Positions 47,021 through 55,148 of a stretch of 59,081 nucleotides of DNA are shown in pieces. Position 1 is the stretch's first letter, and each line of letters starts with the position of its first letter. Below the pieces are notes generated by a model. It was not told the origin of the DNA. It saw nothing but the letters and a program-made list of their open reading frames with translations, and did no database searches. The position numbers were made by a program, and so were the translations under genes. The stretch comes from a virus. The stretch is from IMG/VR virus record IMGVR_UViG_3300029497_000003. One strand, 5' to 3'.

Positions 47021-47060
47021 GCTTGCTGTGGTTTGGCTGGTTCAATTCCAGCCGCAAGCA
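47021..47060 (+). ncRNA. tRNA-like acceptor/T-arm minihelix 2
   Basis: gcttgc-N8-ggctgg-TTCAATT-ccagcc-gcaagc-A. Confidence 0.4.
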
Positions 47061-47084
47061 TTAAGCATATATTTTTATATGCTT

Positions 47085-48756
47085 CAGACTGTAGACAAAG
47101 TGGCACTAGGATACAAAGCTTAGTGCCACTTGTCTCTGAATTTTAAATAATTTTATACCTTTTAATATTTTATGTTGTTTTTTACATATATTATGTGGAT
47201 AATCTCCACTTACCTCCCTGTATTTTTCTAACATCCTTGCTAATTTTTTAAGATTCATGCATGCAAAAGTAAGCCCTGCTTTCATTTCCATACGGGCTTT
47301 TCCTATCATCTGTGTATATCTAAATCCATGATTCTCTTTGGCTGTTCCAAAAAGTCTCTCTATCGTTTCTTTTCTGTGAGAATAAAGTTCCTTCATTCCT
47401 ATTGATAATCTTATATCTTCACACTTTTCTATATAATCTTCCCAGATATGTCTTGTTACCAACTTTACATGATTTTTGCTTTCGGTACATTGACTTATAT
47501 ATGGGCAGTTACTGCATGTTTCCGAACAGCTCTTATATTCTTTATACCCATCACGATTAGTTGTTGAATATTTAAGAACTGCGTTGTTAGGACATATATA
47601 ACAATCAAAGTATTCATCATAAACATACTCATATTTCTTAAAGAATCCTTGTTTTGTCATTGGTCTCTTATATGGAAGAAGTGGCTGAATACCATCATCT
47701 ATCAATAGCTTTGCAATTGCAGGAGTTTTATATCCTGCATCCGCTACAAGTGTTTTTATTCCTATATCTTTTATCTTATTATACAAACTTATAAAGGTTC
47801 TGCTATCATGCATATTTCCAGGATTAACTGAGTAACCAAGAATCCAGCCAAACTTATCACATGCAGTTTCAATTGAATATGCGAATACATGCTTATGTTC
47901 ACCTTTCCGGAACCATCCGCTTTCTGGATCGGTTGTGCTGCACTTAATAGTTTTCTCATCTTTCGGAACATCTGTCGTAAAGTCTTTCATTCCTCCGCCA
48001 GAAGATGACTTATCATTATCTTTATCTGAATCCTTCAAAGGCTTCTTTCCATGAGCCTCTCTGTCAGAATTTATTTCTTTTTTTAAGAGTTCTTCATAAA
48101 ACAAAGCTTGTTCATGAGCAATCTTTGCTCTCATTTTTTTACTGTTAGCACATGCTTTCACATGAGTTGCATCAACAAACACTTCTGTTGGATCAACAAA
48201 TTTATACTTATAACATTCTGATAAGATATGAGAAAAGATTTGTTCAAACAAGTCTGTATCCTTAAATCTACGAGTGTAGTTTTTACCAAATGTAGAAAAG
48301 TGGGGAACAGAATCATTCATTTCCAATCCCAAAAACCAACGGTAAGCAACATTAACTTCTATTTCTTTCATAGTCTGCCGCATACTTTTAATTCCATAAA
48401 GATACTGAATAAAAGGAATCTTTATAAGCATTACTGGATCCATACTAGGTCGTCCAAAATCAGGAGAATACTTATCCTGAACAAGGTCATAAATAAAGTT
48501 CCAATCTATTGCTTTATCAATCACTCTTAAAAGATGATCTTTTGGCACTAAATCATCCATACAGAACATCTGAATCTGTTCTCTTTTTTTATCTGCATTG
48601 ACTGTCATCATAAAACACTCACCACCTGATTTTTGATATAATAATTATATCAAAAAAGTGCTACAAAGTAAGTATTTATCTGCATTTGTCACATTTTAAT
48701 TAATCCTGAAATAAGAAAAATCCGAGACTTTCGCCTCGGACTTTGTCTACAGTCTG
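47085..48756 (-). mobile_element. IS1182-family insertion sequence
   Basis: 17-bp terminal inverted repeats cagactgtagacaaagt (47085-47101 and 48740-48756) around one transposase gene. Confidence 0.8.
47106..48611 (-). CDS. IS1182-family DDE transposase
   Basis: LVPKDHLLRVIDKAIDWNFIYDLV...GRPSMDPVMLIKI...MRQTMKEIEVNVAYRWFLG. Confidence 0.8.
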   Translation of the reverse strand: MMTVNADKKREQIQMFCMDDLVPKDHLLRVIDKAIDWNFIYDLVQDKYSPDFGRPSMDPVMLIKIPFIQYLYGIKSMRQTMKEIEVNVAYRWFLGLEMNDSVPHFSTFGKNYTRRFKDTDLFEQIFSHILSECYKYKFVDPTEVFVDATHVKACANSKKMRAKIAHEQALFYEELLKKEINSDREAHGKKPLKDSDKDNDKSSSGGGMKDFTTDVPKDEKTIKCSTTDPESGWFRKGEHKHVFAYSIETACDKFGWILGYSVNPGNMHDSRTFISLYNKIKDIGIKTLVADAGYKTPAIAKLLIDDGIQPLLPYKRPMTKQGFFKKYEYVYDEYFDCYICPNNAVLKYSTTNRDGYKEYKSCSETCSNCPYISQCTESKNHVKLVTRHIWEDYIEKCEDIRLSIGMKELYSHRKETIERLFGTAKENHGFRYTQMIGKARMEMKAGLTFACMNLKKLARMLEKYREVSGDYPHNICKKQHKILKGIKLFKIQRQVALSFVS

Positions 48757-48765
48757 TAGCACCGA

Positions 48766-49521
48766 TTATTCGGTGCTTTTCTTTATATCTTCGATTGCAT
48801 CTTTTATACTCATATGATTATTATTTATTCTTCCATATAATTTACCATATGAAATATTTTCCATTCTTGAAATTTGAGCCAATATAAGTGCTTGCCCTTT
48901 CCATTCATATTTTTTATTTCTTCGCTTATTTATTGCTTGTTCTTGAATAGTAACCCATCTGCAATTTTCAGGACAATAACCTTTATCGTTATCTATTCTG
49001 TCTAATGAAAGACCATGCTTATATCCGTTTCTCATAGACCAAGCGATAAAATTTTTAACACCATCCTTTCCTCTCCATTCAAAGCAAACATCTATTCCTC
49101 TTGCTCCGTAATAAGGATAACTTATATTTTTTTCATCATAACATCTTTCCATCATACTCTTGTGTTTTCTGTATAATGGACTATCAGTATATCTTTCAAT
49201 TCCAAGCTCTTTTTTGATTGCTTTGTTTTGTCTTATGTTCCTATATAGTTTTTGGTGTGCGCTGTTTTGGTCTTTGCAATTTTTATTTCCCAATACACAA
49301 TTCTCTGGGCAATAATCCTTTGTACTATCAATTCTGTTAAGTCTTAGACCTTTTGTATATCCATTTTCATTACACCACTTTCTAAAATTATCTCTATCAT
49401 GCCATTCTTCACATACTTTTATCCCCTTAGCTCCGTAACTTTTAAATGCTATACTTTTAGGGTTATAACATCTTCTCATCATTTCGTAATGTAGTCCACC
49501 TATACTGTTTAAGTCAGCCAT
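48766..49521 (-). CDS. duplicated-domain DNA-binding protein (degenerate HNH_3-like repeats)
   Basis: Two copies of Y..M..RCY......YGA.GI.VC.EW....F..W...NGY..GL.L.RID....YCPENC. Confidence 0.45.
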   Translation of the reverse strand: MADLNSIGGLHYEMMRRCYNPKSIAFKSYGAKGIKVCEEWHDRDNFRKWCNENGYTKGLRLNRIDSTKDYCPENCVLGNKNCKDQNSAHQKLYRNIRQNKAIKKELGIERYTDSPLYRKHKSMMERCYDEKNISYPYYGARGIDVCFEWRGKDGVKNFIAWSMRNGYKHGLSLDRIDNDKGYCPENCRWVTIQEQAINKRRNKKYEWKGQALILAQISRMENISYGKLYGRINNNHMSIKDAIEDIKKSTE

Positions 49522-49633
49522 ATAAGCACCATCTTTCTAATGATTATAGATATATTATATCATACTTTATAAAGTATTGCAACATACTTTTGCAAGTAGT
49601 ATAATCAAAAGCAAAAAGGAGTTTATATTTACA

Positions 49634-49813
49634 TGGCAAAATCAAAAACATCATCAGAAGTAAAAAATCGTTGGAATGAGAAAAATTATGATAGAATTAC
49701 AGTAATGGCACCCAAGGGCAAAAAGGAAGTCTGGTCTAAGACTGCTAAAGAAAAAGGATTCAAAGGATTAAGTGGATATATTATCGACTGCGTAGAAAAA
49801 GCTGGCGAATAAT
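49634..49813 (+). CDS. 59-aa ribbon-helix-helix-like protein (below the ORF-track cutoff)
   Basis: My own translation: MAKSKTSSEVKNRWNEKNYDRITVMAPKGKKEVWSKTAKEKGFKGLSGYIIDCVEKAGE. TTGCAA-17-TATAAT promoter with palindrome atactttataaagtat. Confidence 0.5.
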
Positions 49814-49955
49814 TATTTTGCCAGCTTACAACATTTTTCTGTATAAATCAATGCCTTACTTGCATACCGGCATTGACTAAGCTCATATACCAACAGTTCC
49901 TTTGTCATAGCCGGATTAGTCTTTTGAACTATCTTTAACAACTCATCAATACTCA

Positions 49956-50276
49956 TTATCCCACTCTCCTAACTGCCCCAAGTACCATATCAACAATGTC
50001 AAATACTTCATCTCCATATGTTGCTACAAAATCACACAATATCTCTTCCTGTTCGATAGGCAAATACACATCATAGGACATACAGATTGCGTGGCATACT
50101 TCGTGTATAAGCACTTTGCGTTGCATAAATCCACGCAAGGCATTTGACAGATAAATTGTATGTGTATTTCTATCTGTTACGCCTAGCACAGAAACATTGT
50201 CTGACCGCTTTAATTCGCCCGAATTTGAATTTTTATATTGTACTTGCCACATTGTACCATTAATGCTAAAAATCAT
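49956..50276 (-). CDS. small HExxH metallopeptidase-like protein
   Basis: VLIHEVCHAI. Start MIFSING after an AAAGGAGC RBS. Confidence 0.5.
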   Translation of the reverse strand: MIFSINGTMWQVQYKNSNSGELKRSDNVSVLGVTDRNTHTIYLSNALRGFMQRKVLIHEVCHAICMSYDVYLPIEQEEILCDFVATYGDEVFDIVDMVLGAVRRVG

Positions 50277-50335
50277 CTGTATGCTCCTTTCTGAATAAAA
50301 CAGGCTATGAATATTGCTACCCATAGCCTTTAATC

Positions 50336-50953
50336 TTAGAATTTTGACATAAGATTATTCATATTATTCTTGATTAAACTCTTTTCTTCGGTCGTTGCGT
50401 TATCGCTAACTATTTTAATTATCTCATTAGTAACAGTTTTAATGTATTTATCTAATGCTTTCATTCTTTGCTCTTTGTCCTCTGGTGTAGTGCCACTGTG
50501 CATTTCTTTAGTTTCTGTGTAGTTTCTCTTTGCTCTGTCGTAATTACTTTCAGACATTGGCTCTGTATAATACATCTTGCCATAATCCCTATCCATATCC
50601 CTCATATGCTCTGCTTCTGGGTACATGTGCATATAAGGCGGTTCTTCATATCCTCTGCGGTATGTTCCGTGTCCTTTCGGCGCAAATCTTCCATCTGCAT
50701 AGCGGTAATGGTTGTAAAATCTCCTGTCCGGATAATCTTCGTACTGTTCAAGCATACGCATAATATCCTCATTATCTTCTGACTTTTCCATAGCTTCAAC
50801 AATTCTGTAATCCTTGTCAAAGCAAGCTATGTTCTTCGCTATTTCTGTAAAATCCTTTAAATCGTCAAGATTCTGTCCTTCAAAATTGTCAATTCCAATT
50901 CCGTCAACTTTAGCCTTGACACATTCCATAATCTGTTTAGCCCATTTATGCAT
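50336..50953 (-). CDS. hypothetical Y/R/E/M-rich protein (cargo cassette)
   Basis: 205 aa with a low-complexity centre: YRYADGRFAPKGHGTYRRGYEEPPYMHMYPEAEHMRDMDRDYGKMYY. Confidence 0.55.
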   Translation of the reverse strand: MHKWAKQIMECVKAKVDGIGIDNFEGQNLDDLKDFTEIAKNIACFDKDYRIVEAMEKSEDNEDIMRMLEQYEDYPDRRFYNHYRYADGRFAPKGHGTYRRGYEEPPYMHMYPEAEHMRDMDRDYGKMYYTEPMSESNYDRAKRNYTETKEMHSGTTPEDKEQRMKALDKYIKTVTNEIIKIVSDNATTEEKSLIKNNMNNLMSKF

Positions 50954-50957
50954 AATA

Positions 50958-51377
50958 TCAAGCCTCCCTTACCGCAATCAAATTACTGTTCTGAACCTCG
51001 ATAGCCTGTGCGGACGTATTCTGCACCGCTACTGTACTGCAACAACCACAAGGTACATCCACGTATGCCTGAGCCGAAACGTTAAATAAATTTTCGACTG
51101 CTGCCGGTGTTACAATCATTCGTGTTGACTGCAAAGGCTCTCCGTCTACTGCAATGGCAAGTGAGATAGCTTCAACTGTACCACCTGTCGGTATCTGAAT
51201 GTTTCCGCTATAAGATACTAAAAATCTAGCCTTACACTGATTAGTAATACCTCTTAGCTTGATAATTCCACTTCCTTGTCTGTGGACTATACATTTGCTA
51301 CCGCATACCGGTGTTTCTGTAAATGCAACATCTTCTCCGGCGGCAACTGTTTGTAATGCAATTCCTGTTATTTCCAT
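50958..51377 (-). CDS. Cys-rich beta-jelly-roll-like protein (resembles BclA C-terminal / DUF3992 Ena-type subunits)
   Basis: MEITGIALQTV..GEDVAFT...ARFLVSYSGNIQIP...ISLAIAVDGEPL...VPCGCCSTVAVQNTSAQAIEVQNSNLIAVREA. 7 Cys. AGAGAGG RBS. Confidence 0.45.
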   Translation of the reverse strand: MEITGIALQTVAAGEDVAFTETPVCGSKCIVHRQGSGIIKLRGITNQCKARFLVSYSGNIQIPTGGTVEAISLAIAVDGEPLQSTRMIVTPAAVENLFNVSAQAYVDVPCGCCSTVAVQNTSAQAIEVQNSNLIAVREA

Positions 51378-51499
51378 TATTTTTACCTCTCTTTCATAAA
51401 AATAAGGGCAAACATTATAGTCTGCCCTTTGGTTATAAGTAATACTGCTTAGCAGACATAATCGAGTTAAACTCAATTAAGATACTCAATTATTCAGTT

Positions 51500-52288
51500 T
51501 TAGCAGCCACATCCTGTATTGCAACCACATCCATAAGCATAAGCATTAGGATTAGGCACAACATAAGCTGGAATAGCCGTAGGATTTACAGAGTTGATAA
51601 TCTGCTGTGTCTGAGCTGCCATCTGAGTTGTAAGAAGTGCATTCTGTCTATCCTGTGATGCGGCTCTGCGTAAATCGTTGTTCTCTGCTGTAAGTGTTGC
51701 TATCTTATCATTTGTTAAGAAATCAAGGATAGCTCTCGTTCCTGCCTGCTGGCTGTCGATAATATCTCTTGTGTTGTTGCACATTGTGTTCTGTAAAGCA
51801 CAAGTGTTAGTTGCCATGTTGTAGTTTACGCCTTGAATAGCTTCTCTCGTCTCGCAGCAGCAGTTAGCAAGCTGTGACTGTAAAGCGTTTGTATTCTGCA
51901 TATTAGCGACTGTATCAGCGTTAATAGCCTGCTGGATGCCATAACCAGTCTGCATGATATTTGTGTTAATACCATTAAAACCAGTAAGCATGCTATTGTT
52001 CATAGCGTAGAAGCCATCACAAAGTCCGTTAGAAATACCATCTAACTTGCTAATAACTGCGGAATTATCAAATCCTCTCTGAATATCAGCCTGTGTAGCT
52101 GCTGTCACAACATAGCCACCGCCATTGTTACCACCAAAGCCACCAAATCCGCCATTGCCCCATCCAAAGAGTAATGCGAATACAACGATTATCCAAAGCC
52201 ATCCGCCGTCAGCCCATCCGCCGTTATTGCCGTTGCCGTCAATATTAGCGACTAATGGTACGCTGGCACAATTTGAGTTTGAAAACAT
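51500..52288 (-). CDS. Gly-rich single-pass membrane protein with N/Q/T-rich helical ectodomain and Cys-Gly tail
   Basis: AGGAGG RBS. GNGNNGGWADGGWLWIIVVFALLFGWGNGGFGGFGGNNGGG...ANCCCETREA...YAYGCGCNTGCGC. Confidence 0.55.
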   Translation of the reverse strand: MFSNSNCASVPLVANIDGNGNNGGWADGGWLWIIVVFALLFGWGNGGFGGFGGNNGGGYVVTAATQADIQRGFDNSAVISKLDGISNGLCDGFYAMNNSMLTGFNGINTNIMQTGYGIQQAINADTVANMQNTNALQSQLANCCCETREAIQGVNYNMATNTCALQNTMCNNTRDIIDSQQAGTRAILDFLTNDKIATLTAENNDLRRAASQDRQNALLTTQMAAQTQQIINSVNPTAIPAYVVPNPNAYAYGCGCNTGCGC

Positions 52289-52358
52289 ATTGTTACCTCC
52301 TAAAAATATATTCATAAAGATGTCACCTAGGTAATTTGCAAAGACATCTAATATGCTA

Positions 52359-52589
52359 CTAATTACCAAATCTGCTTTTTATCTGATTAAATACATCATC
52401 TGCATTCAATCCCTTTTCTTTGCATAAATTTCTAGCCATCTGCTCTATGCCTTGCATATTGCCCTGCTGTGCCATCTGCATAGTGTTTTTCATCATAGGA
52501 TTGCTCATAATCTGATTGTTCCCCATCATCTGCTGTATGAACTGTTGCGGACCAGCTTTCATCATCTGAAAAATGTTAATTGGGTTCAT
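52359..52589 (-). CDS. small M/Q/N-rich protein
   Basis: MNPINIFQMMKAGPQQFIQQMMGNNQIMSNPMMKNTMQMAQQGNMQG. Confidence 0.5.
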   Translation of the reverse strand: MNPINIFQMMKAGPQQFIQQMMGNNQIMSNPMMKNTMQMAQQGNMQGIEQMARNLCKEKGLNADDVFNQIKSRFGN

Positions 52590-53110
52590 TCTTCATCACC
52601 GCCCTTGCTTTGAGTTCTTGAAGTTTTTCTTTGCGTTCCTAAAGATTTATCAAATCTATCTTCCAACTGCCCTATTTTCTCTGACAATTCCTTAAACTTA
52701 TTCAGAAATAGCTGTGTGCTTTCATCTGATAGGGTAAATTTAGCATTTTCTGCATCAGGTATAGAATTTACTGTCTGATTATCTTTAGGGGCTGTATAAG
52801 GCTTATACACAATCGTTCTAATTGTTCCGTCAGCATTCCAGCCCTTAACATAAATCTCCGACATATCCTGCTTAGGAAAAAAAGCCATTGAGCCATCCAT
52901 AGGGACCTCGTTAGCGTTTATATTTTCAACCGCTTGCACAACTCTGCCGTTAATACCTATTATCTGCTGTGGAATAGTTTGCTGAACTTGTGATTGCTGT
53001 ATCTGCTCCTGCGGCTGAAATCTCTGGATATTTGCCATAGGATTATATTGATATGCTCCATATTGAGGTACATAATTACTCATAATCGGTTGCTGATAAG
53101 GATTGTTCAT
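52586..53110 (-). CDS. protein with a Q/P/Y-rich N-terminus and a beta-rich core
   Basis: MNNPYQQPIMSNYVPQYGAYQYNPMANIQRFQPQEQIQQSQVQQ, then GINGRVVQAVENINANEVPMDGSMAFF. Confidence 0.55.
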   Translation of the reverse strand: MNNPYQQPIMSNYVPQYGAYQYNPMANIQRFQPQEQIQQSQVQQTIPQQIIGINGRVVQAVENINANEVPMDGSMAFFPKQDMSEIYVKGWNADGTIRTIVYKPYTAPKDNQTVNSIPDAENAKFTLSDESTQLFLNKFKELSEKIGQLEDRFDKSLGTQRKTSRTQSKGGDEE

Positions 53111-53276
53111 TGTCTGCCTCCTCTAAAACTTCCTCGATTGCGTGGATAACAAGAGATAATGTCACTAAGTCAAGTTTCTGCAATTCTTCTTTGCTTAAGA
53201 TTTTTTCTCTAACTTCATCAGAAAACATTCGCATTACCTCTCTTTCTAATTACATTTTTGCATAAAAAAAATCACT

Positions 53277-53320
53277 TATAGCGACACATAATAGACATAT
53301 GTGCGACATATAAGCGACAA
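53277..53320. repeat. four 11-bp phased direct repeats, core (G/T)(C/A)GACA
   Basis: gcgaca at 53281, tagaca at 53292, gcgaca at 53303, gcgaca at 53314. Spacing is exactly 11 bp. Confidence 0.85.
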
Positions 53321-53363
53321 TGCTGAAATTATATAATTGTAAAACGTGATAAATACGGCATTA

Positions 53364-53390
53364 GCACTTCCTATATGCTATAGGAACTGC
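53364..53390. promoter_or_regulatory. imperfect palindrome next to the integrase stop (attP core candidate or hairpin)
   Basis: gcacttcctata-tgc-tataggaactgc, 12 of 13 symmetric positions. Confidence 0.3.
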
Positions 53391-53402
53391 ATTAAGTTTA
53401 TG

Positions 53403-54764
53403 CTAAAAATTCTTAAGCTGTATTTCAATATTCCCATTGACAATTACTATCTTGTCAATTATAGTCTTTAGTATCAAGTTCTTTTGTTTCTTGTCGACCT
53501 TATCCCAAATGTCGGCAAGTTTTTTTATGTTCTCATAAACAAACTCCTTTTTTTGTGTATTAATTGCGTTTTTGCTTTCAGCGGCAATGTTTAATTTCAT
53601 TTCCTTAATCTGTGCTTCCAGTTCCTTAATCATTTCCAAGACAGTATCATTTCCGTCAGCATACAGATTATACAATCTTTTTAGCTTAATCTGTTCCTTT
53701 TCAAGCTGTGATTGCATAATTTCAAGTTTTGTCGCCTTTTCTTTTGGCTTGTAAGATGATAAATCAAGTGATATTTTAAGAATTTCTTCTTCTACTTGTT
53801 TCTCTATCTCGTCCGCCCATTCAAGCGAATTATTACAGCTTGCATTATAATTAGGCAGATATGAAAGTGATTTATTTCTTGAACAGCAATAAATCTTATG
53901 CTTTTCACTACCCCATTTTTGATAACGCATTTTGCAACCACAAATTCCACAATAACATAATCCGGTCAATAAATTAGGTTCAGTTATGCAGTAAGTTTTT
54001 GCTGAACACCTTGACTTTCTTAGTTCTAATCCAAGATTAAACCTATCTTTATCAAAAATAGGTTCGTGTTTTCCTTGATATATTTTGCCTTTGTAAGGTA
54101 TCATTCCGATATTTACAACGCCGGTCAAAATGCTTCTAGTAACAAGTTCAGACTTAAAGCCACAAATTTCTTTAATTTTCGCATCTGAATAGCCAGATAT
54201 GAACAATTCAAGACCTCTTCTTGCCTGTTCTGCACGTTCCGGGATAGGTATTAATATGCCTTGTTCCTTACTGTAGGAATAACAGTAAGGCAAATTGCCA
54301 CCGCCCATCCAGTAACCCTGCTTAATTCTTTCAAGCATACCGCCACGCATACGCAACATCATAGTATTTTTATCAAGCTGTGCAAATACAGCCATCATCT
54401 GCGTGTAAGCCTGCTCCATAGGACTATTATAGCTTACACTATCGTGTACACATTTAAACACAACATTATATTTTTGAAATACTTTTTCAATTAGATATAT
54501 TCCGTCAATCATATTTCTTGATAATCTGTCAAGTTTAAAAGCTACAACACAACTTACTCTTTTGCGGCTACAATCATTCACAAGCCTTTGAAGTTCTGGT
54601 CTATCCATATTTGTACCTGTGTAACCATCGTCAATATACCAATCTGTTATTACAAGCTCATTTTTTCTGCAATAGTTTTCAATATCCCTTTTCTGGCTAT
54701 CAAGTCCGTTGCCCTCAACAGCCTGTTTTTCAGTGGATACTCTCATATAAGCAACACATTCCAT
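53403..54764 (-). CDS. int: large serine recombinase (integrase)
   Basis: VAYMRVSTEKQ, DDGYTGTNMDRP, FKLDRLSRN, Cys-rich zinc ribbon, C-terminal coiled coil. Start MECVAY after an AAGGGAGA RBS. Confidence 0.9.
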   Translation of the reverse strand: MECVAYMRVSTEKQAVEGNGLDSQKRDIENYCRKNELVITDWYIDDGYTGTNMDRPELQRLVNDCSRKRVSCVVAFKLDRLSRNMIDGIYLIEKVFQKYNVVFKCVHDSVSYNSPMEQAYTQMMAVFAQLDKNTMMLRMRGGMLERIKQGYWMGGGNLPYCYSYSKEQGILIPIPERAEQARRGLELFISGYSDAKIKEICGFKSELVTRSILTGVVNIGMIPYKGKIYQGKHEPIFDKDRFNLGLELRKSRCSAKTYCITEPNLLTGLCYCGICGCKMRYQKWGSEKHKIYCCSRNKSLSYLPNYNASCNNSLEWADEIEKQVEEEILKISLDLSSYKPKEKATKLEIMQSQLEKEQIKLKRLYNLYADGNDTVLEMIKELEAQIKEMKLNIAAESKNAINTQKKEFVYENIKKLADIWDKVDKKQKNLILKTIIDKIVIVNGNIEIQLKNF

Positions 54765-54923
54765 ATTTTTCTCCCTTATAAAAAAATGTGCCGCATTTAT
54801 CACATTATACGGCACATTGTAACACATATTTACTTATTGTCAATTATCTCTGCGATTATCTTTAGTAAGCTGTCTGAAAGAGTTATGTTTTCTGTTTTCA
54901 CACTCTCTCCGTTTTGAGTAACC

Positions 54924-55136
54924 TTAATCATTATATCCCTCCAACTTACTTATTTTCTTTTTGATTTTAATTATTTTGCGATTAACTGTCCTATCACACA
55001 CGGACAGCCGCATAGCAATTTCCGTAATGCTTCTGCCCTGTGATAGTAACTTGAATATTCTCAATTCTTCTTCTGTAAAATTGGCATTTTCAATTATTCT
55101 TTCAAGCTCTGGCTTAGTCAGTTCTGAAAACTTCAT
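54924..55136 (-). CDS. small sigma-70 region-4 / LuxR-type HTH protein
   Basis: LSQGRSITEIAMRLSVCDRTVNRKIIKIKKKI. Confidence 0.6.
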   Translation of the reverse strand: MKFSELTKPELERIIENANFTEEELRIFKLLSQGRSITEIAMRLSVCDRTVNRKIIKIKKKISKLEGYND

Positions 55137-55148
55137 AAGCCAATCTCC

